Notes: generated by a model not told the origin, from the letters alone. Shown: positions 1 through 11,856, counted from the stretch's first letter. The stretch is 64,000 nucleotides of DNA from Heptranchias perlo (GCF_035084215.1 NC_090325.1:121892001-121956000), one strand, 5' to 3'. Translations and numbers: made by a program.

Positions 1-1130
1 CAGAGAGTTTACTGATGCGGACTCTCCACAGCTGCCCCAGCCACCAGGATCTGCTCGTGCTCACTTGTGAGTGGTGAATCACCAGGTGACAACCCAACTA
101 ACTGTCTAACAAGACCCACTGAGGTGTGAGTATCTGCAATGGTGCATGGCTGGATGTGATGTGACAGTGCGCCCTCAGAGGCATGGATCTCCTCTGAGAA
201 ATCCTCCTTGTCCAGGTCGTCTGTTATTTCAGCAATCCTTGAAGGCCCTGGAAGAGAACTTACAACAATATTAAGAATCATCGCAGAAATAATGTTGCGA
301 TAAGCAGCCCGAGGTGCACAACAGATCAAGCGTAGTTAACATCAATTCATGTTGTGCTTGAGGGATGTTCAAGTTCTGTCACCAGATGTTTAAGGGGTGC
401 CAGTCTCGGCATCTCCAACAGCCAGGCATTGGAGCGTTCAGCTGAGCTCCAAGGTCTCTTCCTCCGCCTCTGTCAGGGCCATTATTTGTGGTAGCCCCCT
501 CCCTCCAACTCCTCTCCCTTGCATTTTGCACTCTCTTCTCCTACAAGTGGAGAAAGAATAGATGTGTGAGTGAGTGAGGGTGACGGGGTCACCCGATGGA
601 TGCATTGCACTGGGTCAGGATGACAATGAAGCAGATGCGTTAGAAGGTGACTATCAGACAGATTGATCACATTGCATCAGGATTGGGTTAAGTGGGAGAG
701 GTGGGTGCACAAATGGGGAGGTGAGGAAGTGCACAGAAAGTGATGGTAACTTGACACTGAGCCTTAAGTGGGTGTGAGGAGTGATGTGATGGAGTTGGCT
801 TGGCAGGACAGAGTTGGTGGGGGGTGGGGGGGGGGTGGTTGATGTGCACCACAGGATGTTGGTGAATCAGTAATTGTACTCACTTATCCTGATCTGATTA
901 GGTCATTAAGGCACTTCCTGCATTGCATCCACGACCGTGAGATGGTGGCCTTGCTGCTCAGCTCCTCTGCCACCTCAAGCCAGGCCTTCTTGGTGGCAGA
1001 GGCAGGTCGTGTCCTCCTGTCGGCCGGGTAGAATGTATCCCTCCTGCTCCTCACACCGGTTAGTAGCATCTCAAGAGAAAAATCACTGAACTGGGGTGCT
1101 GGCCTCGTCCTTTGTTGCTCCATTTGGCTC
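1..1130 (-). mobile_element. Degenerate PIF/Harbinger-type Myb/SANT DNA-binding gene remnant (multi-exon)
   Basis: ORF 884-1324 contains RPAPQFSDFSLEMLL..VRSRRD.FYP..KKAWLEVAEEL..RSWMQCRKCLNDL (Myb/SANT-like domain of Harbinger ORF1), followed by a GTGAGT donor and a frameshifted second exon (EKRVQNARER..GGG..ALTEAEEETLEL) at about 400-540. Confidence 0.7.
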
Positions 1131-3152
1131 AATTCCTCCTTTCTCCCACAAAATCCATGGTTGCAATGGCCCTTTAAATACTCCAGGTCCCAGCACATCA
1201 TATGGGTGTGCAGTGCACCCACTGCAGACTTGGAGATGCAAAGCTTGGAAGTCACATTAAGGACCTTCAATTGAGTCGCCATCGCTCGAGAAAATGCACA
1301 AAAATTTTTCCGGGCTTCCCGCATGTGTATTGACCCCTCTGCTGAGATCCTGCGGTATGTTAAAATTTACCCTGATGTCTCTGATCCCTGCATTTCCTGG
1401 GAAGCCTTCACAGATTAGGAATAAAGGCCTGGATTTTCCTGATGTTCATGGGCTAGCAGCGAGGTGGAACCTCTGCCCGCTGCTTTAACCCCAATGCTAA
1501 CCTCGACCCATTCTCCTGGATCGGGACTCATCAGGTATGTAGGGCAGGTTTTCTGGTGAGACCCTCACCGCCAAGAGGGAGCCAGCTATTGTGACACCAG
1601 TGCTGCAGCACCTGAAGAGTTGGAGAGAATTTAAAGTGGATGGAAGAGCCTCAAAGAGGAAAAGTAGATTTTTTTTAGGCCTTAGCCAATTCCAAGGCTT
1701 AAAAAGGTTATTGGTTAGGGTCTCCATGGAGGGACATCAGTCCACTACTAGGCCCCCTCCCTCCATCCGTCTAGTGATTTGAGGGCTACCGCCACTACAC
1801 CAGGGACCATCACTACCCATTTCCTGGTGAACTCTACCAGCACCTGACCTCCTCTATGATTGCTGCTGAATCAAGATGGTACTGCAAAAACTGCTTGCAG
1901 GGAGCATTGCTCTCAGTGCCACTCCACAGCATCATAGATTGGCAGTGAGGTCGGTGCAAGAAGCTGCAGTCAAGTTTCAGGCCACAGCTGACCATTACCA
2001 TCCCTGCACATGTGGAAGCTCTATGCTACATGGTAGCCACTGGTATTTTTGCAGCAGATGGCACAGCTTGGCATCTTCCCCTCTGTTGATCCAGACCCTG
2101 AGAAGGCAAGTTTACCACAGTCATTCCCAGATACATTTGCATGGTCGGCAGAAATGTTTGGTGGCATCTTTGTGGCATGCCTTCTTTCGTGCTGTACCAT
2201 GTGAGGCATGGCATGCTGTGATTGGAATGCCTCTGCAAAACCTCCCAGCATAAGGATGAGTTAGACATTTTGCATCTCATTGTGATGCCACCATGGGTCT
2301 GCTGGCACAGGTTTCATTGGAAAGAGGACACCCCCCCCCCATCAACACAATGTCTTCCGAAGTGAGGTATGCCACATGTCCCTGCAGAAGTGGGGGTGTG
2401 AGTGGCAGTGGGTGGGCACACAACACTTCTTAAAGCATTCTGACCCACCTGGCATTCCTCCACAGGAGCCCTTGTTTCTCCAAATATGAGGACTCCTGGT
2501 GGGGGCGTGCTGGACATCAATAGCAAAGAAAATCGGTGGGGTGTAAAACGGGCTGCTGATTCGCTATCGCCTCATTTGTGCTGCCACCGAAGACCAATTT
2601 CGCCCCTTTAGTGCCCTCTTTAAATGTTTAAATATTTAAATGTCATCTGGAGTAACTATCAGATTTGATGGCTAGGAAACCCTCTATTCATTATATTTAT
2701 CTCATGGGCAAAGTCATAGCGGGTACTTTGCTCAGCCCCAGGGATGACAATAACACAGGAAGGCAAGTCAAGCCATCAGAATGTGTTAGGAACAAACTAT
2801 TAGTAAAAATGATACTGTATCCCTGTCAGACCACCCAAGATGCCGCGATCCCTGCTGGCTGTATCCAAGGCCCCCTATCCCCCCCCCCCCACCCAACCCT
2901 GCTGGTGGCATTAGCATCTCACAAAACGTACCCCAATGACTCATGCTTAGCAATGGTGCCAAAAGCCCTCTAAGACCCCATTCAAGTCACCAATTTTCAT
3001 GTATGAGCATAGACAGTGAGTGCGGGAAGGTTATTCAGCCATGGGGCACAGGATATTACAATCCCGTAGTCTCCTCATGTGATGTCCAAACATGGTGCCA
3101 CCATTGGAATCTTAAAACAAATTGTCAGTGATGAGCAGATTGGAGCAAAGCT

Positions 3153-3376
3153 AAACATTGACCCAAAGAGTTACTTGGTGTATAAAACAATCTGATTTCT
3201 TGGAATTCACACGGGTTCACCAACACAGGCTGCTGTTTGAATGAAGTCTGACTCTGGAACTTCCTTAACCACTGAACAAACCCCAGGGGGAGGAGTCACC
3301 ACAGCTACACACTCAACATTTTCCAAATCTGGAAACTGAAACTTGAACCAGCTCCAGATATCCCTGAAGCTCTTAC
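3153..3376. promoter_or_regulatory. Candidate IFN-responsive enhancer, copy 1 (GAS + kB-like + ISRE)
   Basis: TTCTTGGAA 3197-3205 (TTCN3GAA), TGGAACTTCC 3255-3264, GGAAACTGAAACT 3331-3343 (reverse complement AGTTTCAGTTTCC, ISRE consensus). Identical to 33763-33986. Confidence 0.6.
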
Positions 3377-3429
3377 TTCATCACTAACTTGCTAATGGAC
3401 AGTGACTGTGATAGACATTTGTTGAGGCA

Positions 3430-4483
3430 TGTAAGAATATGGTTTGAAACAAGTATAGACAATACCAGCTCGCATAGCACCAAGCATCTTAGCAAGAGAA
3501 CGGATGTAAAAGGAGGTCGAAGTTCAGCGTCTCTGTGAGAAAGATAACTTACAGAAACCCAGGAGGTGATTGAAAGAATGCTGAGGCGCTAGAATAGTGA
3601 AAAACTAGTAAAATTCAAGAGACAGTTTGTACCGAATAGTATAAACGTACTAAGACCTGATAACAGTGATAGACTATGTAAGCAATAAGACATCGCAGAT
3701 GCCAAGCAAGGTCGAGGTGGAACAAACTGTTTATGCAGCAGAGATAAGAGATAAGGTAGCCACGCTGACATAGTATGGCCATCCTTGGTGGTTTTTGACA
3801 GAGTTGGCACAGTGCGATGGTTTACAACCAGGAGATAAGGACAGAGATGCTTACGTGCAGAACAATGCAGCAGAATAATATAAAGATAGGGCTTGCTCTC
3901 CCCAAAAAGTTAGAGCTCTTGAGATGGAACGGCCAGGAGCTCATTGACCCAGGCAATCCATGGAGGTCAGGTCTGATCACCCTGAATCCGAAGGAATCAG
4001 GTTGCATTGATTGCTTGTCATTTAATATAATCTGAAGACAGTTGTATTACATCTATAACACTGTTGTGCGTCAATCTATTAAAGCTTGCTATTTTATAAC
4101 CACTTGGGCTTGCACATACAGCAATTATTATTGAAGGATTAATAACCCTTTTGTAGTGACAAAAAATGCAAAATCCACTAATATAAGGCATCCCTGGGTG
4201 GGCCCGAGTTTTAAAGGTTTGGAGTAGCTGGTGTTAAGAGATTGTAATAGGAGTAATTCCAACGAGACGGGGAGGAAGAATAAGTGGTTGTGACCGAGTG
4301 AGCTAAAGATAGCCACTCCTCAAACCCGTAAAAGAAGACGGGGAGGAGGAATCTATAATACTGTTGTGAGTTAATCTATTAGGGCTTGTTATTTCATAAC
4401 CACTCAGACTCGTATCATGCAGCAGTTATTGTTGAAGGATTAATAACCCTTTGTATCGACAGTAACGGGAAAATCCACTAACA
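3430..4483 (+). mobile_element. Solo LTR (ERV/Gypsy-like), about 1.05 kb
   Basis: Starts TGTAAG, ends CTAACA; flanked by AGGCA / GGGCA (5-bp TSD with one mismatch); TATA-like TATAAA near 3880 and ATTAAA near 4078; absent from paralogous sites at 21478, 38500 and 57357. Confidence 0.7.
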
Positions 4484-4747
4484 GGGCAAAAAGAAAGTGA
4501 TATCAGCACAAGTTTTCATACATTGCTAACAGATCTCTTGTGGAGTTGGTCTGGTTAGCATGACGGGGGGAGGGGTAGATGGGGGGAAGGAAGGGGTAAA
4601 ACCTGGGGTCTGAAAACATTGGTGAGGGGGTTCACCTAGAGTTTGGTATTAATGGGATTGTGGAATGTGGGGTTTAGTTTAGCAGGTGATTCCTGTTGTT
4701 GGCAGTAGTTTCAGTGGGGACGGCAGTACAGCACTGTAGGGCAGGGC

Positions 4748-7700
4748 TTTTTTTTTTTATTCGTTCACGGGATGTGGGCGTTGCTGGCAAGGCCGGCATT
4801 TATTGCCCATCCCTAATTGCCCTTGAGAAGGTGGTGGTGAGCCGCCTTCTTGAACCGCTGCAGTCCGTGTGGTGACGGTTCTCCAACAGTGCTGTTAGGA
4901 AGGGAGTTCCAGGATTTTGACCCAGCGACAATGAAGGAACGGCGATATATTTCCAAGTCGGGATGGTGTGTGACTTGGAGGGGAACGTGCAGGTGGTGTT
5001 GTTCCCTTGCGCCTGCTGCCCTTGTCCTTCTAGGTGGTAGAGGTCGCGGGTTTGGGAGGTGCTGTCGAAGAAGCCTTGGCGAGTTGCTGCAGTGCATCCT
5101 GTGGATGGTGCACACTGCAGCCACAGTGCGCCGGTGGTGAAGGGAGTGAATGTTTAGGGTGGTGGATGGGGTGCCAATCAAGCGGGCTGCTTTATCTTGG
5201 ATGGTGTTGAGCTTCTTGAGTGTTGTTGGAGCTGCACTCATCCAGGCAAGTGGAGAGTATTCCATCACACTCCTGACTTGTGCCTTGTAGATGGTGGAAA
5301 GGCTTTGGGGAGTCAGGAGGTGAGTCACTCGCCGCAGAATACCCAGCCTCTGACCTGCTCTCGTAGCCACAGTATTTATATGGCTGGTCCAGTTAAGTTT
5401 CTGGTCAATGGTGACCCCCAGGATGTTGATGGTGGGGGATTCGGCAATGGTAATGCCGTTGAATGTCAAGGGGAGGTGGTTAGACTCTCTCTTGTTGGAG
5501 ATGGTCATTGCCTGGCACTTATCTGGCGCGAATGTTACTTGCCACTTATCAGCCCAAGCCTGGATGTTGTCCAGGTCTTGCTGCATGCGGGCTCGGACTG
5601 CTTCATTATCTGAGGGGTTGCGAATGGAACTGAACACTGTGCAGTCATCAGCGAACATCCCCATTTCTGACCTTATGATGGAGGGAAGGTCATTGATGAA
5701 GCAGCTGAAGATGGTTGGGCCTAGGACACTGCCCTGAGGAACTCCTGCAGCAATGCCCTGGGGCTGAGATGCTTGGCCTCCAACAACCACTACCATCTTC
5801 CTTTGTGCTAGGTATGACTCCAGCCACTGGAGAGTTTTCCCCCTGATTCCCATTGACTTCAATTTTGCTAGGGCTCCTTGGTGCCACACTCGTTCAAATG
5901 CTGCCTTGATGTCAAGGGCAGTCACTCTCACCTCACCTCTGGAATTCAGCTCTTTTGTCCATGTTTGGACCAAGGCTGTAATGAGGTCTGGAGCCGAGTG
6001 GTCCTGGCGGAACCCAAACTGAGCATCGGTGAGCAGGTTATTGGTGAGTAAGTGCCGCTTGATAGCACTGTCGACGACACCTTCCATCACTTTGCTGATG
6101 ATTGAGAGTAGACTGATGGGGCGGTAATTGGCCGGATTGGATTTGTCCTGTTTTTTGTGGACAGGACATACCTGGGCAATTTTCCACATTGTCGGGTGGA
6201 TGCCAGTGTTGTAGCTGTACTGGAACAGCTTGGCTAGAGGCGCAGCTAGTTCTGGAGCACAAGTCTTCAGCACTACAGCTGGGATGTTGTCGGGGCCCAT
6301 AGCCTTTGCTGTATCCAGTGCACTCAGCCGTTTCTTGATATCACGTGGAGTGAATCGAATTGGCCGAAGACTGGCTTCCGTGATGGTGGGGATATCGGGA
6401 GGAGGCTGTGATGGATTATCCACTCGACACTTCTGGCTGAAGATGGTTGCAAACGCTTCAGCCTTGTCTTTTGCACTCACGTGCTGGACTCCGCCATCAT
6501 TGAGAATGGGGATGTTTGCAGAGCCTCCTCCTCCCGTTAGTTGTTTAATTGTCCACCACCATTCACGACTGGATGTGGCAGGACTGCAGAGCTTTGATCT
6601 GATCCGTTGGTTGTGGAATCGCTTAGCTCTGTCTATAGCATGTTGCTTCCGCTGTTTAGCATGCATGTAGTCCTGAGTAGTAGCTTCACCAGGTTGGCAC
6701 CTCATTTTTAGGTACGCCTGGTGCTGCTCCTGGCATGCTCTTCTACACTCCTCATTGAACCAGGGTTGATTCCCTGGCTTGTTGGTAATGGTAGAGTGAG
6801 GAATATGCCGGGCCATGAGGTTACAGATTGTGCTGGAATACAATTCTGCTGCTGCTGATGGCCCACAGCGCCTCATGGATGCCCAGTTTTGAGCTGCTAG
6901 ATCTGTTCTGAATCTATCCCATTTAGCACGGTGGTAGTGCCACACAACACGTTGGATGGTGTCCTCAGTGCGAAGACGGGACTTCATCTCCACGAGGACT
7001 GTGCGGTGGTCACTCCTACCAATACTGTCATGGACAGATGCATTTGCGACAGGTAGATTGGTGAGGACGAGGTCAAGTAAGTTTTTCCCTCGTGTTGGTT
7101 CGCTCACCACCTGCCGCAGGCCCAGTCTAGCAGCTATGTCCTTCAGGACTCGGCCAGCTCGGTCAGTAGTGGTGCTACCGAGCCACTCTTGGTGATGGAC
7201 ATTGAAGTCCCCCACCCAGAGTACATTTTGTGCCCTCAGTGCTTCCTCCAAGTGGTGCTCAACATGGAGGAGGACTGATTCATCAGCTGAGGGAGGACGG
7301 TAGGTGGTAATCAGCAGGAGGTTTCCTTGCCCATGTTTGACCTGATGCCATGAGATTTCATGGGGTCCAGAGTCAATGTTGAGGACTCCCAGGGCCACTC
7401 CCTCCTGACTGTATATCACTGTACTGCCACCTCTGGTGGGTCTGTCCTGCCGGTGGGACAGGACATACCCAGGGATGGTGATGGAAGAGTCTGGGACGTT
7501 GGCTGAAAGATATGATTCTGTGAGTATGGCTATGTCAGGCTGTTGCTTGACTATTCTGTGGGACAGCTCTCCCAATTTTGGCACAAGTCCCCAGATGTTA
7601 GTAAGGAGGACCTTGCAGGGTCGACTGGGCTTGGTGTTTTGCCGTTGTCCTGTCCGGTGCCTAGTGGTCCGATGCCGGGTGGTCCGTCCGGTTTTATTCT

Positions 7701-7899
7701 TATTATGACTTTTCGTAGCGAGATTTTACAACTGATTGGCTTGCTAGGCCATTTCAGAGGGCAATTAAGAATCAACCACATTGCTGTGGGTCTGGAGTCA
7801 CATATAGGCCAGACCGGGTAAGGGCGGCAGGCTTCCTTCCCTAAAGGACATTAGTGAACCAGATGGGTTTTTACGACAATCCGGTAGTTTCATGGCCAT
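4748..7899 (-). mobile_element. Near-full-length compact non-LTR retrotransposon (CR1/L2-group-like), about 3.15 kb
   Basis: Poly(A) tail at 4748-4758 (T run on +), AATAAA in the short 3' UTR, candidate TSD CAGGGC at 4742-4747 and 7900-7905, long APE-RT ORF. Confidence 0.9.
4813..7584 (-). CDS. LINE ORF2: APE endonuclease + reverse transcriptase, 923 aa
   Basis: Endonuclease motifs ILTESYL, YRPP, GDFN, LDLVL, SDH; RT motifs GPDNIP, NYRPISLL, QFGFR, LDIKAAF, GVPQGSVLGP, FADD. No internal stops; the annotated start is not an ATG. Confidence 0.92.
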   Translation of the reverse strand: MPKLGELSHRIVKQQPDIAILTESYLSANVPDSSITIPGYVLSHRQDRPTRGGSTVIYSQEGVALGVLNIDSGPHEISWHQVKHGQGNLLLITTYRPPSADESVLLHVEHHLEEALRAQNVLWVGDFNVHHQEWLGSTTTDRAGRVLKDIAARLGLRQVVSEPTRGKNLLDLVLTNLPVANASVHDSIGRSDHRTVLVEMKSRLRTEDTIQRVVWHYHRAKWDRFRTDLAAQNWASMRRCGPSAAAELYSSTICNLMARHIPHSTITNKPGNQPWFNEECRRACQEQHQAYLKMRCQPGEATTQDYMHAKQRKQHAIDRAKRFHNQRIRSKLCSPATSSREWWWTIKQLTGGGGSANIPILNDGGVQHVSAKDKAEAFATIFSQKCRVDNPSQPPPDIPTITEASLRPIRFTPRDIKKRLSALDTAKAMGPDNIPAVVLKTCAPELAAPLAKLFQYSYNTGIHPTMWKIAQVCPVHKKQDKSNPANYRPISLLSIISKVMEGVVDSAIKRHLLTNNLLTDAQFGFRQDHSAPDLITALVQTWTKELNSRGEVRVTALDIKAAFERVWHQGALAKLKSMGIRGKTLQWLESYLAQRKMVVVVGGQASQPQGIAAGVPQGSVLGPTIFSCFINDLPSIIRSEMGMFADDCTVFSSIRNPSDNEAVRARMQQDLDNIQAWADKWQVTFAPDKCQAMTISNKRESNHLPLTFNGITIAESPTINILGVTIDQKLNWTSHINTVATRAGQRLGILRRVTHLLTPQSLSTIYKAQVRSVMEYSPLAWMSAAPTTLKKLNTIQDKAARLIGTPSTTLNIHSLHHRRTVAAVCTIHRMHCSNSPRLLRQHLPNPRPLPPRRTRAAGAREQHHLHVPLQVTHHPDLEIYRRSFIVAGSKSWNSLPNSTVGEPSPHGLQRFKKAAHHHLLKGN

Positions 7900-9937
7900 C
7901 AGGGCCTTGTCCCAGGGTCTGCAAGCATGGGGATGAGATGTCAGGGTCTATCAACACTGCAGGAAAAGGATCCTAGGAGATGACAGCCTAGGGAGAGTAC
8001 AAGAGTCTGGAGCACTGAGGGAGATCCGGAACTAAGAATAATTCCAGGTTCCAGCAGCACTAAGGGTTGGGTAGCACTGAGCGATGTGCATCTAACTGCA
8101 TGGAGAGAAGGGAAAGGGAAAAGGATCTGCAAGCAGTGGGGAGTGGCTACCTGGGATCTGATAGAAGTTGGCAGATTCTTTACAGCCTTGTGGTCATGTC
8201 CAAAAGTTTGAGAGTGTGGTAGTTTGTGCACCTGGGTCGGTCGGCATTGGGGGTGGAGGGTCCTAGGGTGTGAGGAGTGTGATGGGTTCTGCGGCACTGG
8301 GGTGGACCTGGGGTATGTAAAAAAGGTCAACACGTATGGGTTCTGTAGGCAGTTTCATTTTCTGGGAGAACTGGGGGGCACTGACATCGTGGGGCTTGGA
8401 AGTACTAGCGGGCTCGAGGGGCTGGATGGCCCACTCCTGCTCCTATTTCTTATGTTCAGAGGGATCCTCGAATCTAGCAACACTGAGAAGGAGATCCTGA
8501 AACCTAGTGCGAATGGAGGCAGCAGGTCTGCTTAGGTGAGAGGGGGTGCACAAGTTCAGGCCAGGTGAGACACTCAGTGGGAGATGAGACAGGAGGGGAG
8601 GAGAAGCAGGAGTCAGGGTCATATCCCTGAGGAATTTTCTGACCAGTAGGTTTTGTGGGGTGATGGTTCGTTGAATCAAGGCTATAATGTCACTCAGAAA
8701 TTTCCCAAAGTATTTCACATTTCGGAGCAAATGTGTACAAGGGGAAGACTTCTCCATATTTCTGTTTCCAGATAGTTTTGGGTATACACAGCTTGTCTGA
8801 TGTTCTTCTTTTGCAAACGAAACTTTCAACATAACAAAAACTCCCCTTTCATTTTAATGGTCAGTCGCAGCCCTTTAAGAGCTACTGCATCACCAGATTT
8901 CCCACTTCCCCTGCAAATCATATTGCAAATCATATTGCTCCCTGAGCCTGTTTAAAATGAACAGAGTTGGACTCACAAAATTCAGCGAGGACAATCCTCC
9001 CAACCAGCATAGGCTGGGGTCGAATTTAACTGCCCTCACCTGATGTTAACCAGGTAACCAAAGTGCTCGCCTGATTCAGGTGATAGGCCCCTATTAATAT
9101 GTAAATCGGGGTCCTATGACATAAATAGGACCCAGATCTCCATTGTTCCCTGGGCGATGGAAGAGAAGAGGCCCTCTAAAGGTGATTGTTGAATTATGTT
9201 TGTATGCCCCGGAGGAGCAGGAGTGCAACTCTGGGACCCACAAAAATAATCTGGGCTGTTGCCGCCGTGGGGACCACACCCTGACGACCCCACCCTCCGC
9301 GATCATAACCCCCTCCCCCCCCTCCCCCATCGTAACTTCCCTTGCTGGTGGCAACTCAGGCTTGATTTTCATGGCTGCCCAAAAGGCAAAATTTTCCCCG
9401 TGCTCTCATGCCAGCTGTGCGCAGCCCCTATGTTCCTGATGCAACGCCAACACCATGGGAACACTAAATCTTTCATTCATTTTATATATAATGTTGAATA
9501 CTTTGACTGAAAACGCGTTGCAGATAAAAAAAATCATGGCAACTAACATCCACAAACATATCTGCACCATTGCAATTATTCAAAATCGGAACATACGTTT
9601 TCTAAGTGAGCAAAGATGTATCTCAGCTGTGCAACTGGGAATATCAAGTTCGAGGATGGCACATTTCCTGTAATTGACAAGTTTCAGCTGAGCGATGTGT
9701 TTCCTTTTTATTATAACCCAAGGATCAGTTCCAAGTCTGTAAGTTGACCTTGTCCCGTGGGTCAGATACAATATGTGGATACAAATGAATTATTCTGCCG
9801 TCAATCTAAAACCGTTCATCTGGGGCTAATAAATAATTAATCATACCTTGTGATACCTGGATCCCTGCAAAGTCTCAACTGCATTTTAACTCTATGTCAA
9901 TCATGGCTGTTTGAATAATAAATAATCAAGAAAATTA

Positions 9938-10303
9938 CATAGAATTACATAGAATGTACAGCACAGAAACAGGCCATTCGGCCCAACAGGACCATGTTGT
10001 TGTTTATGTTCCACAGGCGCCTACTCCCTCATTACTTCATCTGACCCTATCAGCATACCTTTCCATTCCTTTCTCCCTTGTGTTTATCTAGCTTCCCCTT
10101 AAATGCATCTATACTAATTGCCTCAACTATTTCTTGTGGTAGCGAATTCCACATTTTAACCACTCTCTGGGTAAAGAAGTTGCTCCTGAATTCCCCATTG
10201 GATTTATTAGTGACTCTTATATTTACGGCCCCTAGTTCTGGTCTCCCCCGCAAGTGGAAGCATCTTCTCTACGTCTACCCTATCCAACCCTTTCATAATC
10301 TTA
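9938..10303 (-). mobile_element. CR1 LINE 3' fragment
   Basis: Minus-strand FFTQRVVKMWNSLP..IDAFKGKLD (CR1 ORF2 C-terminus) plus ATTCTATGT-type tail repeat. Confidence 0.8.
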
Positions 10304-10826
10304 AGTCTTACTACAATTGTACAGGGCTTTGGTGAGACTTCACCTGGAGTATTGTGTACAGTCTTGGTCTCCTTATCTAAGGAAGGATATACTTGCCTTA
10401 GAGGCGGTGCAACGAAGGTTCACTAGATTAATTCCTGGGATGAGAGGGTTGTCCTTTGTGGAAAGATTGAGTAGAATGGGCCTAATCTCTCTGGAGCTTA
10501 GAAGAATGAGAGATGATCTCATTGAAACATACAAGATTCTGAGGGGGCTTGACAGGGTAGATGCTGAGAGGTTGTTTCTCATGGCTGGAGAGTTTAGAAC
10601 TAGGGGGTATAGTCTCAGGATAAGGGGTCGGCCATTTAAGACTGAGATGAGGAGGAATTTCTTCATGCAGAGGGTTCTGAATCTTTGGAATTCTCTATCC
10701 TAGAGGGCTGTTGATGCTAAGTCGTTGAGTATGTTCAAGATGTGGAGATGCCGGTGATGGACTGGGGTGGACAAATGTAAGGAATCTTACAACACCACGT
10801 TATAGTTCAACAGTTTTATTTGAAAA

Positions 10827-10863
10827 TCACAAGCTTTCGGAGGCTTCCTCCTTTGTCAGGTGA
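10827..10863 (-). ncRNA. Hammerhead ribozyme copy with core mutation (CUGACAA)
   Basis: Reverse complement of the 11820-11856 motif with G>A in the CUGANGA box. Confidence 0.55.
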
Positions 10864-11819
10864 GTATGGGATTCCATGAAAGGTACTGCATATATAGTCA
10901 GAGAACAATGCCTGGTGATTACAGATAATCTTTCCAACTGCCCGCTATCAAGGCAATCAAAGGAGTTGAATAGTGTTCAGACATAGAGACATTACATACA
11001 AGACTACTGAATATACAAACGGTCAGAACCCAAAGACAGAGAGAGAGAGAGAGAGAGAGAAACATCCAAAAGGAAGAGAAAGAGAGAGAATAACCAGTTG
11101 TATTAAAAACAGATAACTTTTTTATCGCTGGTGGGGTTATGTGTAGCGTGACATGAACCCAAGATCCCGGTTGAGGCCATCCTCATGGGTGTGGAACTTG
11201 GCTGTCAATTTCTGCTCGACAATTTTGCGTTGGCGTGTGTCTCGAAGGCCGCCTTGGAGAACACTTACCCGAAGATCGGTGGCTGAATGTCCTTGACTGC
11301 TGAAGTGTTCCCCGACTGGGAGGGAACCCTCCTGTCTGGCGCAACAATCGCCAGCAGGAGGGTTCCCTCCCAGTCGGGGAACACTTCAGCAGTCAAGGAC
11401 ATTCAGCCACCGATCTTCGGGTAAGCATTCTACAAGGCGGCCTTCGAGACACACGACAACGCAAAATCATCGAGCAGAAATTGATAGCCAAGTTCCGCAC
11501 CCATGAGGACGGCCTCAACCGGGATCTTGGGTTCATGTCACGCTACACGTAACCCCACCAGCGAAAAAAAAGTTACCTGTTTTTAATACAACTGGTCATT
11601 CTCTCTCTTTCTCTTCCTTTCGGATGTTTCTCTCTCTCTCTCTCTGTCTTTGGGTTCTGACCGTTTGTATATTCAGTAGTCTTGTATGTAATGTCTCTAT
11701 GTCTGAACACTATTCAACTCCTTTGATTGCCTTAATAACGGGCAGTTGGAAAGATTATCTGTAATCACCAGGCATTGTTCTCTGACTATATATGCAGTAC
11801 CTTTCATGGAATCCCACAC

Positions 11820-11856
11820 TCACCTGACGAAGGAGGAAGCCTCCGAAAGCTTGTGA
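11820..11856 (+). ncRNA. Minimal type I hammerhead ribozyme (Penelope-associated)
   Basis: TCAC-CTGACGA-A-GGAGG-AAG-CCTCC-GAAA-GC-TT-GTGA: stem I TCAC/GTGA, core CUGANGA, stem II GGAGG/CCTCC, GAAA, palindromic AAGCTT stem III. Confidence 0.75.

Noticed and set aside
884-1324. Functional host MSANTD/NAIF1-like gene
   Set aside because: There is a stop codon at the splice donor and frameshifts or stops in the next exon, and related decayed fragments recur in the window, so it looks like a transposon remnant.
3181-3187. TATAAAA in the enhancer module as the promoter of a hidden gene
   Set aside because: No downstream ORF or exon structure is shared among the six copies.
4850-7821. Plus-strand ORFs within the LINE
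   Set aside because: They are antisense shadows of the RT ORF with no independent support.
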